The notes under the pieces: model-generated | Told to the model about the DNA's origin: nothing | What the model saw: the letters and a program-made list of their open reading frames with translations, nothing else | Database searches by the model: none | Shown: one piece after another, positions 56,889 through 64,000 of the stretch | Layout: each line of letters begins with the position of its first letter | How positions within the stretch are numbered: the first letter of the stretch is position 1 | Virus record (IMG/VR): IMGVR_UViG_3300042731_000990 | Span: 4,514 to 68,513 of that record | Strand: one strand, 5' to 3' | From: a virus | DNA: 64,000 bases | Translations under genes and position numbers: made by a program

Positions 56889-57387
56889 TCCAGTAAAACA
56901 AGTTCTCAAAGATAAAAAGAAGTTAGACATTGTAGCTGTTGAAGTAATACGTCAAGGTTACTGTGTTAACGATACTGTAGTAGAAACAAGAGTAGATACT
57001 CTTTATCAATCTGATTCTTCTGCTATCAACTCTATTACTCTATATAAAGAAATTGATACAATCTTTACAGATGGCACTACTCTTCGTATAGATTCTGCTG
57101 GAATCTTATCAGTAGGTTGTCCAGTTAAAGTACAATACAAGACTGTTACAAAAACAGAAACTGTTCGTGATAAGTCTTTAGAAAATATTCTTAAGAAAGA
57201 CATTGCTAAACTAGATAGTATAAAGAAGTCTTTAGAATATGATATAAGAGAAAGAGATTTTGTTGTTAAAGAAACACAAGAAAAACTCAAACAGGCTAAC
57301 AATAAATTTAGATTGTTTATAGCTGTTCTCTTTATCATTGTTGCAGGTAGAGCATACTTAAAGTTTAAAAAGTATCTACCATTCTAG
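56821..57387 (+). CDS. Lipoprotein with C-terminal TM helix (unimolecular spanin-like)
   Basis: Lipobox 'ILQGC'; beta-rich region then coiled coil; 'FRLFIAVLFIIVAG' plus basic tail. Confidence 0.65.
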   Translation: MLSYQTISKTVFILSVFILQGCNPVKQVLKDKKKLDIVAVEVIRQGYCVNDTVVETRVDTLYQSDSSAINSITLYKEIDTIFTDGTTLRIDSAGILSVGCPVKVQYKTVTKTETVRDKSLENILKKDIAKLDSIKKSLEYDIRERDFVVKETQEKLKQANNKFRLFIAVLFIIVAGRAYLKFKKYLPF

Positions 57388-57408
57388 GTAACATTATATG
57401 CACGAGAA

Positions 57409-57439
57409 TATAAAGGGGGTCATACAGACCCCTTTTATA
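57409..57439. terminator. Bidirectional terminator
   Basis: TATAAAGGGGGTC-ataca-GACCCCTTTTATA between convergent genes. Confidence 0.8.
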
Positions 57440-57441
57440 CG

Positions 57442-57996
57442 TTATAACATATACCGTCTTCTAAAATCAGCAAGACGATCTTCAAGTTCATCACGTTCTT
57501 TAGTTAACTGTTTAGTGAACTTTGATAGTCTCTTAAGTTCAAGTTCATGACGTTCTTGTATAAGATGCATTTCTTTTTTTAAATCTTGTATTTGTCTGGT
57601 TAATAAACGATTTTTCATTTGTAAAGCAGCATCTGCACTAATACTAGATATTTGAGTAAGATCTTTCATATCATTTAACCGATATTGATCTAATGCTTTT
57701 TCTACATACTTGGTTATATCTTCATATATCTTTCTGTATGTGGTATCATATAAGTAATTCATCTCATGTTGTTTCATAGCATGAAGTACTGTAGCATGAT
57801 CTTTACCTAAAAGTTTACCAATAGCGGCTAAAGATAGATCTGAATGAACTCTTACACATGTAGCAAAAGCATGTCTAAATCTTACATTGTTTCTTTTACG
57901 AGATGATGTAATGTCATAGTCCTTAACAAGATTTTTCCATAGTTCTATCAGTACTGATTCTTGAGTAACAAGGTTTAAAATCTTTTCTTCTACCAT
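57442..57996 (-). CDS. DnaA domain IV-like HTH protein with C-terminal coiled coil
   Basis: 'SRKRNNVRFRH...SLAAIGKLLGKDHATVLHA'. Confidence 0.8.
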   Translation of the reverse strand: MVEEKILNLVTQESVLIELWKNLVKDYDITSSRKRNNVRFRHAFATCVRVHSDLSLAAIGKLLGKDHATVLHAMKQHEMNYLYDTTYRKIYEDITKYVEKALDQYRLNDMKDLTQISSISADAALQMKNRLLTRQIQDLKKEMHLIQERHELELKRLSKFTKQLTKERDELEDRLADFRRRYML

Positions 57997-58703
57997 TTTA
58001 TAGGTTCTTTATTAAGTTTAACTAGAGCTTTGTTGACTTCATTGAAAACATTGCTACAGTTCCACTTAGATTGTTTTTGATAAGCTGCACTTGCGGGGTG
58101 ACTTACTTTTAACTGTAAACAATTTTCTGGAAGCCATTGTTCCCAAGCTTGTGCTTTTTTACCTAGCATTACGTATATAATATCTTCTCTATCATACAAG
58201 TAATCTAGTATTAGACTCATAAAGTCTGTCCATACGTCATAATGTTTACCAATCTCTCCTACATTTGTAGTAAAGGCTGTATTAAGTAATAAGATACCTT
58301 GATTAGCCCATCTTGTAAGATCTGGGGTTTGATTTAGATCAAGATCTTGAGGGTCTACAGTATCTTGTATTGCTTTCATTATATATTGTAAAGACTTTTC
58401 AGGTCTATTAGTAATACCACATGAGAAAGCAAGACCATCAGCTACATTAAACTGAGGATATGGATCTTGTCCTATAAATACAACTTTAACATCTTCAAAA
58501 CCACATTCTTGAAATGGTCTAAGAATATATTTTAAGGGAGGTGTAATCCGTTTACCAGTATTTCTTATATTTACAAGGTTGTTAAGAAGATCCCTAAAGT
58601 CTTGACTGTGCATGTAACTGTGAAACACTGTTGACCAGCTGGTATTAGCAACTTTATTGTATAACTTAGTAGCAACTTCTTTAGTATCAATTTTAATTTC
58701 CAT
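57990..58703 (-). CDS. ung: Family 1 uracil-DNA glycosylase
   Basis: 'GQDPY', 'GLAFS', 'WANQGILLLN', 'SHPAS'; likely start ATG 58703. Confidence 0.93.
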   Translation of the reverse strand: MEIKIDTKEVATKLYNKVANTSWSTVFHSYMHSQDFRDLLNNLVNIRNTGKRITPPLKYILRPFQECGFEDVKVVFIGQDPYPQFNVADGLAFSCGITNRPEKSLQYIMKAIQDTVDPQDLDLNQTPDLTRWANQGILLLNTAFTTNVGEIGKHYDVWTDFMSLILDYLYDREDIIYVMLGKKAQAWEQWLPENCLQLKVSHPASAAYQKQSKWNCSNVFNEVNKALVKLNKEPIKW

Positions 58704-58707
58704 AATT

Positions 58708-58998
58708 ATGCAAGGTTCCATGCCTGTAATCCCACAAGACGCCATTATTGACATCAAAGTAAATGGTTCATTCTATTTCCGTGTAACACAAATGCTTATG
58801 TATTTGGTTAAGGATCAAGAACCACAACGTATTGCAGAGATTTTTGAGCGTATTAGTAGTAATTCTGTTCAAGAAGAACTTGAGGCTCACATTGAAACAC
58901 TAAGTGTTCTAATGAATGAGATTGAAAATCAAGCTAAAGAACAGGGTAAAGTAGAAGAGATTGACCCTTCTACTCTAGAGGATAACTCAAAGGAGTAA
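58708..58998 (+). CDS. Hypothetical protein (isolated + strand gene)
   Basis: Exactly fills the gap between two - strand genes; acidic, helical. Confidence 0.65.
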   Translation: MQGSMPVIPQDAIIDIKVNGSFYFRVTQMLMYLVKDQEPQRIAEIFERISSNSVQEELEAHIETLSVLMNEIENQAKEQGKVEEIDPSTLEDNSKE

Positions 58999-59367
58999 AC
59001 CTAACTCCATACCCATATTCATAGTCTCTTGTATACACAAGGACAATTCATCTTTAGACATTTTAGAGAATGATTTTTCTATATCATCTGCATCTGCAGA
59101 CCAAGAAAAACCAGCTCTAGCTTTTACTAGGTCTTTTACTTCTTCCATAGTATGACCTGTATGGTTAGCTATCTCGCGAAGGCTAACATGTAACTTGGAT
59201 AGTTGAGCATAAGTACCATTATCTTTAATTTTAGAGAAATGTACTTCTAGCTCTTCATCCGGTTGCAGATTTTTTATGTATTCATCATAGATCTTCTTAT
59301 CAGAAGTACTTTTAAATACCATAGTACCTTCTGCATTTTTATACATTTTGATGGTTAACGTGCGCAT
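58987..59367 (-). CDS. NinB-like protein
   Basis: 'AQLSKLH..LREIA..TGHT.EEVK', 'SFSKMSKDEL'. Confidence 0.55.
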   Translation of the reverse strand: MRTLTIKMYKNAEGTMVFKSTSDKKIYDEYIKNLQPDEELEVHFSKIKDNGTYAQLSKLHVSLREIANHTGHTMEEVKDLVKARAGFSWSADADDIEKSFSKMSKDELSLCIQETMNMGMELGLLL

Positions 59368-60451
59368 GTAAGTATTCTATATTAGATTTATCTATTCCTT
59401 TTAATGCTGAGTTGACCCAAGTCTCATCTATAGTATTAGCATAACACAGTATGTGAATAGTAGCATGATCATTAGGATTCAAACGTAATAATCTACCTAA
59501 ACGTTGAGCAGATTTTCTTTCATTACCATATGAGTGCATAATAATACCTTCTTTAAGTTCTGGTATAGTCACACCTTCATTGAGCTGTTCTACACAACTT
59601 AATGTATTTATGAGGCCGTGCTTAAAAGCCTTCAGATTATCTTCAGAATCTTTATTTTTTGAATGATAACTATGTTCACAAATTCTATCAGCTTGTGCCT
59701 GGGTATTAGCAAATACAATGCACTTATTATCAATACCTTTAAGTAAGTAATTCACATAATTTTCTTTAGTCTTAAACTCTTTAATAGATCTCATTCTATT
59801 AATGACTGCAAACTGATGTGACTTACTACCTTTAGGTGCTGATGCTATTCTTGTACAAGCATAGTTATAAGATTTAACTTCTGAAGTGTAGAAACCTCCG
59901 TTTTTCATCTTTACATATAAATCTTGCTTTTTAGATAACTCTAGCATGTGTACTTTAATACTGTACTTGTTAAGAATGTTATCTTCTACAGCTTCATCAA
60001 TCTTATATTTAAATACAATAGGACAAAATTGTTTTACCATCTGGGCCTTCTCTGTATAATCTCTTACAGGAGGAGTACCAGTTAAACCAAGTATCTTACC
60101 ATCATAAGCTTCAAGAAAAGGTTTATGATTGTATAATAAACTATGACACTCATCTAAATAAACCACATGATATGCTTTTGGATCTTGCTTATTTATAGAT
60201 AGATAAGTAGTAAAGTCTATATAATCTAGTAAATACTCTAGTTTGAATTTAACGGCATCATCTTTCCAGGATTGAAAGATGGATACTTTAGGAGCTACAA
60301 CTAAGAATCTATTCTTACCGTTGTAATGGGCGTTCATATGTTTAAGACCTATCAATGTTTTACCCACACCCATTGATATACCAAGTCCAGACCTATGTTG
60401 ACGAATTGTTTTTGTCAGGGCCTCTTCTTGTATCTTTTCTCTTTGATTCAT
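59339..60451 (-). CDS. Superfamily 2 (DExH) helicase
   Basis: 'MGVGKT', 'LDECH', 'GLTGT', 'LNEGVTIP', 'QRLGRLLR'. Confidence 0.9.
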   Translation of the reverse strand: MNQREKIQEEALTKTIRQHRSGLGISMGVGKTLIGLKHMNAHYNGKNRFLVVAPKVSIFQSWKDDAVKFKLEYLLDYIDFTTYLSINKQDPKAYHVVYLDECHSLLYNHKPFLEAYDGKILGLTGTPPVRDYTEKAQMVKQFCPIVFKYKIDEAVEDNILNKYSIKVHMLELSKKQDLYVKMKNGGFYTSEVKSYNYACTRIASAPKGSKSHQFAVINRMRSIKEFKTKENYVNYLLKGIDNKCIVFANTQAQADRICEHSYHSKNKDSEDNLKAFKHGLINTLSCVEQLNEGVTIPELKEGIIMHSYGNERKSAQRLGRLLRLNPNDHATIHILCYANTIDETWVNSALKGIDKSNIEYLHAHVNHQNV

Positions 60452-60629
60452 TTAATCTCTTCTTAAGTTCTAATTGTAAGTTTTTTGATAACACCTCTGA
60501 TCTGTGCGTTAAAAAGTAAGACTGTAATTTAGCTGGGTTATAACTTAACCAAGATGATATGCTACGAGTAGTATCATCAATAGTTAGTTTGTCACCGGGC
60601 CAGTATTTTTTACGATCTTCAAATCTCAT
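60393..60629 (-). CDS. Hypothetical protein
   Basis: 78-aa ORF overlapping both neighbours. Confidence 0.55.
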   Translation of the reverse strand: MRFEDRKKYWPGDKLTIDDTTRSISSWLSYNPAKLQSYFLTHRSEVLSKNLQLELKKRLNESKRKDTRRGPDKNNSST

Positions 60630-61032
60630 CAGTTAGTCTAGTTATAGTAAAGCCCATTTCTTGAGCTTCAGCAGGGTTGGTTTCAATCCATTCATGGCAA
60701 GTTCTGCAAGCAGACATCCAAGTACTTGTGATAAGATAATATTTACCACGTCCTTTTTTGTGGTGAATATCTGTTGCTTGACCTGTACAGCTAGGTAATC
60801 TAGCCTCACATACAGGATGTTGAGTTAAGTAATCTTTCCTAAGAAGAGTATATACATTATCTTCTTTAGCTTTTTTAGAAGACTTGGGAGAGAGAGGTGT
60901 ACGTTTTAGTTGGTTGGTTTCACCGGTTCTTAACAAGGCGGCACAACGTTGACAGTACTTCTCTCTCCCTATACTCTTCCATATGTATTGTTCAGTTTCA
61001 CAACCAGAACACATTTTCTTTTTACTCTTCAT
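60619..61032 (-). CDS. HNH-like Zn-binding nuclease
   Basis: CxxC pairs; 'DIHHKKGR'; 'CRTCH'. Confidence 0.75.
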   Translation of the reverse strand: MKSKKKMCSGCETEQYIWKSIGREKYCQRCAALLRTGETNQLKRTPLSPKSSKKAKEDNVYTLLRKDYLTQHPVCEARLPSCTGQATDIHHKKGRGKYYLITSTWMSACRTCHEWIETNPAEAQEMGFTITRLTDEI

Positions 61033-61360
61033 CTTCTTCGTCAGGATCTATTGTTTCTGTTTTATGAATCATATCAATGACTTCATTATACTCTTCAGGC
61101 ATTGTTTCTTCTAAAAGATCTACAATAGGTTTAAGAGCATCTTCAATAGATAATACCATTTTGATTTGTTCTATGTCTAGTACCTCCATAAGCTCTGCTG
61201 AAGTTATTTCCGTACTAAGTTTCATATCACCAAATTCAAATGTTACCACACCATCTGTATATCCATCATTAATTAGTTCATTAACATAAGATGCTAACTT
61301 GTTATTCTGTAGATATAAATAGATAATTTGTTTGTTTGTTAATCCGAACGTCTTGCTCAT
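61022..61360 (-). CDS. Hypothetical acidic protein
   Basis: 112 aa; coupled overlaps with neighbours. Confidence 0.65.
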   Translation of the reverse strand: MSKTFGLTNKQIIYLYLQNNKLASYVNELINDGYTDGVVTFEFGDMKLSTEITSAELMEVLDIEQIKMVLSIEDALKPIVDLLEETMPEEYNEVIDMIHKTETIDPDEEDEE

Positions 61361-61743
61361 TATTTAAGTTTTAAAAAGTTAGGTCCTAGTATGCCCTTAT
61401 CTAATAAGCAGTTAATGATATCATCTTGTGTAATACCAAGGTCTTTATCAGACATATTTGATCTAGGTAAATCTTCCATGAAGTTAATACAATTATCTGA
61501 TACAAGCTCTTTGTAAAGACGACCATTATTAAAATACTTGTTGAGTATATTTACTGAAAGCTCAAAGATTTTTTGATGCTTTAGTTCATTGATAGCTTGT
61601 AAAGCTCTCTTATGTACTTTAATAATTCTCTTCTTTTTTTGATATCCTAGATTATTGATTTCATCTCTAGTGTATATACCTAGACCAAGTATAGCTCTGA
61701 GGTAGTAAAAGTTTTGAGTTGAGTTTAAATTGTAAGTTTTCAT
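61360..61743 (-). CDS. Hypothetical protein
   Basis: 127 aa; 1-nt overlap with the next gene. Confidence 0.65.
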   Translation of the reverse strand: MKTYNLNSTQNFYYLRAILGLGIYTRDEINNLGYQKKKRIIKVHKRALQAINELKHQKIFELSVNILNKYFNNGRLYKELVSDNCINFMEDLPRSNMSDKDLGITQDDIINCLLDKGILGPNFLKLK

Positions 61744-61770
61744 AATAATTTCAGTAAAGGTTTAGAAATA

Positions 61771-61802
61771 ATGTAAAGGAGGATTTTACTCCTCCCTTAC
61801 AT
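61771..61802 (-). terminator. Stem-loop terminator
   Basis: ATGTAA-GGAGGA-ttttac-TCCTCC-TTACAT. Confidence 0.6.
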
Positions 61803-61812
61803 CTGGTATCAT

Positions 61813-62319
61813 TTAGAGGTCAAAAGCCTCTGATAAGTCTTCTTGCTGTGTTTCTACGCGTGTTACGCTACGTTGGCTAGCATTGAACTCTTTTACTTCA
61901 TCCACATTTGCATGTGGGATCAATGTATCTTGACCCAATTCAGGGTTAGCATTGATAGTGTTCTGAGATACAAAGAATGTTCTACGGTAAATAGTATTAC
62001 CATTTGCATCTAGTAGTACAGGACCTTCTGCACCAGCACGTTTAACATCACGATCTGGTGTACTGAAAGGTTCTACTTGTTCACGAATAACAATTCTACC
62101 ATCCATAACTTCACCTTCAGAAAGGTTTAGTTGTTCAAGTGTAGATACAAGACCCATAATAATAGTACTACGAGTCTTAGTGTTAATCCAACCATTAGAA
62201 ACTTCTGTAGCATCTTGTTTTAAGGTAATCCAACCGTATTCTGGATTGTTGTTAGATACGGTAATGATATTACCCATGTTGTCTCCTGCTACGTATACGT
62301 CTGAAGTTTGATTGTTCAT
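61813..62319 (-). CDS. Hypothetical protein (possible ssDNA-binding protein)
   Basis: Beta-rich 168 aa with acidic/aromatic C-terminus (EDLSEAFDL); flanked by terminators. Confidence 0.55.
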   Translation of the reverse strand: MNNQTSDVYVAGDNMGNIITVSNNNPEYGWITLKQDATEVSNGWINTKTRSTIIMGLVSTLEQLNLSEGEVMDGRIVIREQVEPFSTPDRDVKRAGAEGPVLLDANGNTIYRRTFFVSQNTINANPELGQDTLIPHANVDEVKEFNASQRSVTRVETQQEDLSEAFDL

Positions 62320-62349
62320 TTTGTTTTCCTTTTAATAAAAATTAGACAT

Positions 62350-62375
62350 AAAAAAAGCCCCACACATGTGAGGCT
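62350..62375 (-). terminator. Intrinsic terminator
   Basis: Minus strand AGCCTCACA-tg-TGTGGGGCT followed by a T-run. Confidence 0.7.
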
Positions 62376-62398
62376 ATATTGTTTGATAACTGATACGG

Positions 62399-62656
62399 TT
62401 AAGTATCATCACGATGAAAATAATCATCAGTTAATTTCTCGTCAATGTCAATATCTGGAAGTTCTAATTCATTACTGTCTATATCTTCTTCAAGTATCAT
62501 ACTCCCTGGCTTTTCTAGAATAGATCCAAAGAAAGGACTTTCTACTTCATGCCCAAAATTATAAGATATAATATTGTTTAGCTCTTCATCAGACATATCT
62601 AGATATTGTTCCAATGACAGCTCTATTACTTTTCCATTAGGTAATTGATATAACAT
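62399..62656 (-). CDS. Small acidic protein
   Basis: 'MLYQLPNGKVIELSLEQYLDMSDEEL'. Confidence 0.7.
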   Translation of the reverse strand: MLYQLPNGKVIELSLEQYLDMSDEELNNIISYNFGHEVESPFFGSILEKPGSMILEEDIDSNELELPDIDIDEKLTDDYFHRDDT

Positions 62657-62755
62657 AATCTCTTCAACTATACAGTTAAAGATACTTGTAGTATATACTA
62701 ATTACAATGTAAAAGAAAGAGCTAACGCAAATAAATTGCAGCAATATTGCTATAC

Positions 62756-63112
62756 TTATAAATACTTAGCAATATTTGGCTTAAAATAAGATGGTCCTTT
62801 TAGAATTTTACCATCTTCACGGAGAATAGGCTTACCGTCTTCTCCTAATTTGCTCATATTACTAGCGTGTATTTCATCAAAAATTGCTTCAATTTTATCT
62901 TCTAATCCATGCTTGGTAACAAGACCAAATGTAATGTACAGAATATCACCAATAGCATCAGCTATTTCTACAGTATCTTGATTGATACCTGCTTCTTTAT
63001 ATTCTTCTAGTTCTTCAAGTAATATATTAAACTTAGTGAGTACACTCTGAGCTTCAGGGTTAATGTTGAAAGACTTTTCAAATTCTTGTATCTGAGCTAT
63101 TTGTTTTCTCAT
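62756..63112 (-). CDS. MazG-like/PRA-PH NTP pyrophosphohydrolase
   Basis: 'EELEEY', 'EIADAIGD', 'SNMSK', 'REDGKILKG'. Confidence 0.88.
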   Translation of the reverse strand: MRKQIAQIQEFEKSFNINPEAQSVLTKFNILLEELEEYKEAGINQDTVEIADAIGDILYITFGLVTKHGLEDKIEAIFDEIHASNMSKLGEDGKPILREDGKILKGPSYFKPNIAKYL

Positions 63113-63408
63113 TCTAAAATAAGTTTATTGTTTACTTCTACCATAGTATAACCACAGTTATTGCAAATATATGAATGTGTATCCATCTTAGAAAGATGGT
63201 CACTAGAACAATTTACGCAATTGTGTGAATGGTTATACTTTTGTTGATCTGGATATAAAGTTTCATCAGATTCATATCTAATTCTTTCCATATACATTTC
63301 TTTTATCTTACCCATATTATCAAGGTATTTGTAAACAGGATCTAATGACTCACCTGTAAAGGTCTGTTCATATGTAATCCCGTTTTGTTTAACGGTTAAC
63401 TTTATCAT
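63109..63408 (-). CDS. Zn-ribbon protein
   Basis: CVNC...CNNC. Confidence 0.6.
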   Translation of the reverse strand: MIKLTVKQNGITYEQTFTGESLDPVYKYLDNMGKIKEMYMERIRYESDETLYPDQQKYNHSHNCVNCSSDHLSKMDTHSYICNNCGYTMVEVNNKLILE

Positions 63409-63480
63409 TCTTTCTCATTTGATAGATAAGATAGCCATTCCAGGCTACTAATAATAATATAGTTAAGACCCAATCAATCA

Positions 63481-63735
63481 TTATTTCTTATAGAAGTGGG
63501 TGTATTTACCATTTTCATCTAAAATAATAGTATCCCCGTTAACATCTAGCAAGGTAACACTTTCTATTTGTACACCCAACTGTCTTCTTCTATTAGTATC
63601 TTGTACAATAGACTGTACAATAATAAAAAATGTAGCTCCTAACGCTATTATAGCAACAGTAAGTGCTGTTATTTCTATTATTCTACTTCTTTTTATCTTT
63701 CTCCTTGTCTTTTCTATATCCATAATGAAATACAC
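63481..63735 (-). CDS. Small single-TM protein
   Basis: Basic N-terminus followed by one hydrophobic helix. Confidence 0.55.
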   Translation of the reverse strand: MYFIMDIEKTRRKIKRSRIIEITALTVAIIALGATFFIIVQSIVQDTNRRRQLGVQIESVTLLDVNGDTIILDENGKYTHFYKK

Positions 63736-64000
63736 TTATAATTATTAGTGTACTAATAACTCCTGCAAGAACCAGAAGTCCTGCTAATATATAATCCATA
63801 ATTAATCATTTTCTATACCGTACTCTTCAAGATCACGGTTACATAAGCTTATAATGTTATTCATCTATCCCGCCTTTATTAGTTAGATACATAAAATATA
63901 CACTAAGAAGTAATGTAAGTATTATTAATGTTTTCATCTCTCTTTGGTGTTAAAGAATTCAGATAAGTTATCATATAAAGATATAATTTCATTATCAGTT

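Noticed and set aside
60619-61032. Mobile homing endonuclease
   Set aside because: The gene is short, coupled within the operon and has no intron context, so mobility is unsupported.
1-64000. Stop-codon reassignment (TAG or TGA), known in some crAss-like phages
   Set aside because: Very long ORFs are intact under code 11, and genes end in TAG (e.g. 11782, 39127) and TGA (e.g. 7487) at proper gene boundaries.
1-64000. tRNA genes, CRISPR arrays, integrase, IS elements, DGR
   Set aside because: No cloverleaf, repeat-spacer array, recombinase, transposase or reverse-transcriptase motifs were recognised by eye.

Overview
An AT-rich 64 kb fragment of a crAss-like (Crassvirales-type) lytic podophage, most likely infecting a Bacteroidota host. 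It uses the standard genetic code: TAA, TAG and TGA all act as stops. Positions 1-41.1 kb (+ strand) hold the tail/virion module, a run of large virion cargo proteins including a 4521-aa RNA polymerase (DFDID motif), and a lysis/accessory operon. Positions 41.3-64 kb (mostly - strand) hold replication and nucleotide-metabolism genes: PolB, primase, DnaB, SF2 helicase, UNG, MoxR/VWA and nucleases. Four things stand out. (1) An intact phage-encoded two-component system (membrane histidine kinase plus stand-alone receiver) lies with small membrane/lipoprotein partners between the holin/endolysin genes and phoH. (2) Three adjacent cargo proteins are built as strings of unrelated domains punctuated by a recurring hydrophobic-x-x-G-G motif, which suggests processed polyproteins. 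(3) A recurring GTATnTTwwwwdTGTA-like motif precedes most + strand transcription units. (4) An inverted island encodes a protein with unimolecular-spanin architecture. All family assignments come from motifs recognised by eye; no database searches were run.
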